NCBI GenBank assembly: GCA_965208575.1 | Contig: CBDBOV010000001.1 | Span: 160,001-224,000, forward strand | From: Spirochaetia bacterium | Lineage (GTDB): Bacteria > Spirochaetota > Spirochaetia > SZUA-6 > Bin103 | Length of the DNA stretch: 64,000 nt | Direction of reading: 5' to 3' | Part shown: in pieces, positions 59,383 to 64,000 of the stretch | Numbering within the stretch: the stretch's first letter is position 1 | How the letters are laid out: each line of letters begins with the position of its first letter | Notes under the pieces: generated by a model | Database searches by the model: none | What the model saw: the letters and a program-made list of their open reading frames with translations, nothing else | What the model was told of the DNA's origin: nothing | Made by a program: the position numbers and the translations under genes

Positions 59383-59720
59383 GAAGGACAACCTGCTAGG
59401 CGACTAGTCGGTTGTGCGAACCGGGACGACACCACGGCCACAAGGTCCCCTCGGTCGCCCCGCGGGCGCTCAACGAGCCGGCAACGCACCGGGCGCGTTG
59501 CATCGGCGCCGGCACCGTCTCCCCAGAGGGCGCCATGGTTGCCCGGCTCGGTGCAGCCGGGTAGTATCGGTATCCGCCCCTTGGCAGTACGCATCGCTCC
59601 CCGTCGAAGTCATGGACTGGTCATCCTCGAGCGACGCCGATCCCTTGGGGCCTTTTTACCACTTGGCCAAGTGAAGAACCGTGGAGCGGGGGCCGCAGGA
59701 GCCGCGCGCGAGGGGGTGCC

Positions 59721-62042
59721 GTGGCGTATCTGAACGAGATCGTGGCCGGGCGGCGCAGGCGCGTCGGGGCCGAGGGCGCGGAGCTGGGCGAGGCCGTGCC
59801 GGGAAGCCGCAGGCATCCGCTGGTGCCACTGGTGCCGTTGCCCGGCGGGAGTGCCGGTGCCACTGGAGATGCCACCGGCGCCGGGAGTGCCGATGGCAGG
59901 AGTGCCGATGGCGCCGGGAGTGCCGATGGCAGGCGTGCCGATGGCGGCGGGAACGCCGATGGCGGAGGGACCGGGGGCGCGCTGCCGCCGTCCGGCGAGC
60001 GGATGCAGCCGCCGCGCGAGTCGGCAGGCGATGGAAGTCCAGGCGCGGGCGCTGCGCCGGGGCTGGCTGCGCGGGGCGGCGGCTCGGGGGTGGCGCCGCT
60101 GTTGATCTGCGAGGTCAAGCGGCGGTCGCCGTCGCGGGGGGCCATTGCGCCGGGGCTGGATGCGGTGGCGCAGGCGCGCCGCTACGCGGAGGCCGGGGTG
60201 CGCGCGGTGTCGGTGCTGACCGAGCCGGACCACTTCGGCGGCGCGCTCGCCGACCTGGTCGCGGTGAAGGAGGCGTGCCCGCACCTGAGCGTGCTGCGCA
60301 AGGACTTCCTGCTCGACGAACGCGACCTGGAGGTGTCGTACCGCGCCGGCGCCGACGCCGTGCTGCTGCTGGCGGCCTGCCTGGACGCGGACGAGTTGGG
60401 CCGCCTGTACCGGCACGCGCTGGCGCTGGGCATGACGCCGCTGGTGGAGGTGCACGACGCTGCCGACCTGGCCAAGGCGCGCGCGGTGCGCCCGCTGCTG
60501 ACCGGCATCAACAGCCGCGACCTGACCACGTTCGAGGTGGATACCACGCTGCCGGCGCGGCTGCGGCCGGCGGTGGACTGGCCCACCACGCTGCTGTTCG
60601 AGTCGGGCATCCACCGCGCCGAGGACGCCGCCTTCGCGCGCTCCGCCGGCTTCGACGGCGTGCTGGTGGGCGAGGCGGTGGTACGCCGCCCCGAACTGGT
60701 CGCCGAACTGCGCGCCGTCCTCGCCGCCCCCTCCGTCGTCGCCGCCGGCACCGCGGCAGCCACGGGCACCGCGGCAGGCGAGGCAGGCACGGGCGCCGGC
60801 ACTGCGGCAGGCGCTGGCACTGCGGCAGGCACGGGCACGGGCGCCGCTGCCGCTGCGGCGTCGGCAGGCGGGCGGGAGGGGTTCTGGGCGCGCGTGTTCG
60901 CGGCGCGCCATAGGCTGGCCGGCAGTGGGCGCCCATTGATAAAGGTATGCGGCATCACCAACCGGGCCGACGCGGAGCTGGCGGTGGCGTTGGGCGCCGA
61001 CCTGCTTGGCTTCATCCTGGCCCCGTCGCCGCGCCGCGCCTGCCCGCAGGCGATTCGCGCGCTGGCCGACCTGCCGGTGCCGAAGGTGGGCGTGGTGGTG
61101 AACGACGTGGCCGAGGCGCTGCCGCTGCTGCGCGACGGATTTCTGGACGCGCTGCAGTTGCACGGCGACGAGCAGCCGGACGAGTGCTACGAAATCGCCT
61201 TTCCCTACTACAAGGCGCTGCGCGTGGGCGCGCCGGCGGACCTGGAAGCCGAGCCCCGCTACCGTTGCCCGCGCGTGCTGCTGGACGCCTACTCGCCGGC
61301 CGCCCGCGGCGGCACCGGCCAGCGGGTGGCGGAGGACCTGCTGGCATGGCGGGCGGCGGGCGACGGTGCGCGGCCGCTGTGGCTGGCCGGCGGCATCGGC
61401 CCCGACAACGTGGCGGCGGTGATCCGCGGCCACGCCCCGGAGCTGATCGACGCCTCCACCCGGTTCGAAGCGGAACCGGGGCGCAAGGACCACGACAAGC
61501 TGCGCGCCTTCTTCCGCGCAGTGCAGGTCGCCTGTCGGCGGGGAGCCGCCGGTCGGCGGGAAACGGGCGCGGGCGCACGGCCCTCGGGCAGCGCCGGGGC
61601 CGCGGAACCCGCCGCCGGCGCGCTCGCCGAGCGGGCCGGGCAACCGCCCGCGCCGCGTGCCAGCGCCGCTTCGCCCGATGCCGAGGCGCCGACCTTGCCG
61701 GACCGCCGGCAACCCCGGCCCGGCCTGCCGCCGCGGGACACCACCGGGGATACCGATGCCGGGGCGCCGACCTTGCCGGACCGCCTGCAGCCCCGGCACG
61801 GCGTGCCGCCGCGGGACGCCGCCGGGGATACCGATGCCGGGGCGCCGGCCTTGCCGGACCGCCTGCAGCTCCGGCACGGCGTGCCGCCGCAGGACGCCGC
61901 CGGGGATACCGATGCCGCGGCGCCGGGCCTGCCGGACCGCCTGCAGCCCCGGCACGGCGTGCCGCCGCGAGACGCCACTCGGCATGCCGCGGCCGCGGCG
62001 CCGGCCCCGCCTGCATCGAATACCACACGGAGGACCGAATGA
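59721..62042 (+). CDS. trpC: Fused indole-3-glycerol-phosphate synthase / PRA isomerase (TrpC-TrpF) with low-complexity insertions
   Basis: ICEVKRRSPSRG, SVLTE, LRKDF, GINSRDL; IKVCGIT, LQLHGDE, WLAGG. Confidence 0.93.
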   Translation: MAYLNEIVAGRRRRVGAEGAELGEAVPGSRRHPLVPLVPLPGGSAGATGDATGAGSADGRSADGAGSADGRRADGGGNADGGGTGGALPPSGERMQPPRESAGDGSPGAGAAPGLAARGGGSGVAPLLICEVKRRSPSRGAIAPGLDAVAQARRYAEAGVRAVSVLTEPDHFGGALADLVAVKEACPHLSVLRKDFLLDERDLEVSYRAGADAVLLLAACLDADELGRLYRHALALGMTPLVEVHDAADLAKARAVRPLLTGINSRDLTTFEVDTTLPARLRPAVDWPTTLLFESGIHRAEDAAFARSAGFDGVLVGEAVVRRPELVAELRAVLAAPSVVAAGTAAATGTAAGEAGTGAGTAAGAGTAAGTGTGAAAAAASAGGREGFWARVFAARHRLAGSGRPLIKVCGITNRADAELAVALGADLLGFILAPSPRRACPQAIRALADLPVPKVGVVVNDVAEALPLLRDGFLDALQLHGDEQPDECYEIAFPYYKALRVGAPADLEAEPRYRCPRVLLDAYSPAARGGTGQRVAEDLLAWRAAGDGARPLWLAGGIGPDNVAAVIRGHAPELIDASTRFEAEPGRKDHDKLRAFFRAVQVACRRGAAGRRETGAGARPSGSAGAAEPAAGALAERAGQPPAPRASAASPDAEAPTLPDRRQPRPGLPPRDTTGDTDAGAPTLPDRLQPRHGVPPRDAAGDTDAGAPALPDRLQLRHGVPPQDAAGDTDAAAPGLPDRLQPRHGVPPRDATRHAAAAAPAPPASNTTRRTE
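61677..61980 (+). repeat. 78-bp tandem repeat, about 3.9 units, in the trpF 3' extension
   Basis: Units start at 61677, 61755, 61833 and 61911 (DAGAPTLPDRLQPRHGVPPRDAAGDT). Confidence 0.92.
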
Positions 62043-63289
62043 ACACCTACCAGGACTACTTCGGGCGGTTCGGCGGCCGCTACGCCGCGGAAGTGCTGCG
62101 CACCCCGCTCGACGAGCTGGAGGCCGCCTACCGCGACGCCATCGAGGACCCGGCGTTCCGCGCCGAACTCGACCGCGTGGCGGCCACCTACACCGGCCGC
62201 CCCACGCCGCTGATGCACGCCGCCAACCTGAGCGCGGCGTGCGGCGGCGCGCAGATCCACGTCAAGCTCGAGGGGCTCGCCAACACCGGCGCCCACAAGA
62301 TCAACCACGTGGTCGGCCAGTGCCTGCTCGCGAAGCGCATGGGCAAGAAGCGCGTGATCGCGGAGACCGGCGCCGGCCAGCACGGCCTGGCGACCGCGGC
62401 GATGTGCGCCAAGCTCGGCCTGCCGTGCCGGGTCTACATGGGCGCCGTGGACATGCGCCGCCAGAAGCCCAACGTGTTCTGGATGGAGCTGTTCGGCGCC
62501 GAGGTGGCGCAGGTGGACAGCGGCTCGCGCACCCTGAAAGACGCGGTCAACGAGGCGCTGCGCGACTGGGCCGGCTCGTTCGCCGACACCTACTACGTGA
62601 TCGGCTCGGCGCTCGGCCCGTCGCCGTACCCGGCGATGGTGCGCGAGTTCCAGACGGTGGTGGGGCGCGAGGTGGCCGTTCAGTGCCGGGAGGCCGGCTT
62701 CGAGCCGGATGCGCTGATCGCCTGCGTGGGCGGCGGCTCCAACTCGCTGGGCATGTTTGCCCCGTTCCTGGACGCCGAGCGCCCGGAGCTGATCGGCGTG
62801 GAAGCGGGCGGCCGGCGGCTGCAACCGGGCCACCACGCCTCGCGCATGAGCGGCCATGGCGTGCCGGCGATCGCGCACGGCTACAAGTCGCTGTTCCTGA
62901 CCACCGAAGACGGCCAGATCGCGGAGACCCACTCGGTGTCCGCCGGGCTCGACTACCCCGGCGTGGGGCCGCAGCTCGCCGAGCTCGGGCGCACCGGGAG
63001 GGTGCGCTTCACCACCGCCTCCGACGCCGAGGCGCTCGATGCCGTGCGCCGGTTCGCCCGCGGCGAGGGCATCGTGATGGCGTTGGAGTCGGCGCATGCC
63101 GGCGCGGTGGCGCTGGCCGAGGCGCGCCGCCGGCCGCCCGACCAGCACCTGGTGGTGAACATGTCGGGGCGCGGCGACAAGGACCTGTTCATCCTGGCCC
63201 GCGAACTGGACCCGGCACGCTGGCGCGAGTTCCTGCAGCGCGAGGCCGCCTCCCTGGCCCCCGCCCCGGCAGCCGCGGGGGTCCGCTGA
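62039..63289 (+). CDS. trpB: Tryptophan synthase beta chain
   Basis: TGAHKIN, AETGAGQHG, VGGGSNS, AGLDYPGVGP, SGRGDKD; ATGA overlap with trpCF. Confidence 0.98.
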   Translation: MNTYQDYFGRFGGRYAAEVLRTPLDELEAAYRDAIEDPAFRAELDRVAATYTGRPTPLMHAANLSAACGGAQIHVKLEGLANTGAHKINHVVGQCLLAKRMGKKRVIAETGAGQHGLATAAMCAKLGLPCRVYMGAVDMRRQKPNVFWMELFGAEVAQVDSGSRTLKDAVNEALRDWAGSFADTYYVIGSALGPSPYPAMVREFQTVVGREVAVQCREAGFEPDALIACVGGGSNSLGMFAPFLDAERPELIGVEAGGRRLQPGHHASRMSGHGVPAIAHGYKSLFLTTEDGQIAETHSVSAGLDYPGVGPQLAELGRTGRVRFTTASDAEALDAVRRFARGEGIVMALESAHAGAVALAEARRRPPDQHLVVNMSGRGDKDLFILARELDPARWREFLQREAASLAPAPAAAGVR

Positions 63290-64000
63290 TGAGCGAGCGG
63301 CAGGAGGCGCGCATCATGACCCACCTGGTGGCGTCGTTCCCGGACTGGGAGGCGTCGCTGGAGGTGGGCAGGGGGCTGGCCGAGGGCGGCGCGGCGTACC
63401 TGGAGGTGCAGTTCCCGTTCAGCGACCCCACCGCCGACGGGCCGCACATCCAGGTGGCCTGCGACGAGGCGCTCGCCGCCGGCTTCACCCAGGAGCGCGG
63501 GTTTGCCCTGGTGGAAGCGCTGCGCGCCGCCACCGGCGTGCCGATCGCGGTGATGAGCTACGCCAACCCGATTTTCCAGAACGGCGTGTCCCGCTTCGTG
63601 CAGCGCTGCCGCGACGCCGGCGCCGACGCCGTCATCGCCCCCGACCTGCCGCCCGATTACGACGAAGGCCTGTACGCCGCCGGCCGGGAGGTCGGCGTGG
63701 CGGTGATCCCGGTGGTGGTGCCGAGCACGCTGCCGGAACGCCTGGAGATGGTCGTCACCGGCGCCGACACCGACTGGGTGTACGCCGCGCTGCGCAAGGG
63801 CATAACCGGCAGCTACACCGAGATCGGCGAAGACAACCTGGCGTTCCTGCGCCGCATCGGCGAGCTCGGCGGCAAGCCGATGGCCGGATTCGGCATCCGC
63901 AGCAGCGCCCAGGTGGCCGCGCTCACCCCGTACGTCGAATACGTGGTGGTGGGCACCTGGTTCGTCGAGTTGCTGCGCCGCGAGCGCGCCGCCGACCCGC
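63289..64000 (+). CDS. trpA: Tryptophan synthase alpha chain, runs off the window
   Basis: LEVQFPFSDPTADGPHIQ, MSYANP, PDLP, GITG, GFGI. Confidence 0.95.
   Translation, partial: MSERQEARIMTHLVASFPDWEASLEVGRGLAEGGAAYLEVQFPFSDPTADGPHIQVACDEALAAGFTQERGFALVEALRAATGVPIAVMSYANPIFQNGVSRFVQRCRDAGADAVIAPDLPPDYDEGLYAAGREVGVAVIPVVVPSTLPERLEMVVTGADTDWVYAALRKGITGSYTEIGEDNLAFLRRIGELGGKPMAGFGIRSSAQVAALTPYVEYVVVGTWFVELLRRERAADP

Noticed and set aside
61677-61980. CRISPR array (also considered 50569-50757)
   Set aside because: Contiguous in-frame tandem repeats with no unique spacers and no cas genes.
1-64000. Taxonomic or lifestyle assignment (for example a host-associated symbiont)
   Set aside because: Gene content is suggestive, but there is no rRNA and I cannot run a marker phylogeny; I recognised no tRNA or rRNA genes.

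Overview
GC-rich bacterial window with two parts. About 1-55.6 kb is a heavily rearranged accessory island; about 55.67-64 kb is a trp operon (leaderless trpL attenuator, trpE, trpG-D, trpC-F, trpB, partial trpA) interrupted by a Phd/VapC relic. The island is organised around one P4/IntA-type tyrosine integrase with an N-terminal arm-binding domain. It has two intact copies (19797-21089 minus, 44769-46079 plus) and about 13 fragments that alternate with lower-GC cargo: toxin-antitoxin modules, two secreted tail-collar-like proteins, a NYN RNase, a PLD-like protein and IS relics. The most interesting structure is four paralogous lipoprotein genes (21267+, 29228+, 44591-, 49068-). Their bodies are highly divergent, but their first 44 nt are identical and end exactly on an ATGAA-N10-TTCAT inverted repeat. 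Three sit head-to-head with an integrase start, separated by tandem CAACAC repeats; the fourth has its own upstream region with a canonical GGAGG ribosome-binding site. My inference is that this leader is the recombination core of an integrase-driven system that swaps lipoprotein variants (and a linked giant autotransporter-like adhesin) behind one expression site. Family names come from motif recognition by eye, not database searches. Several single-base frameshifts may be sequencing errors.
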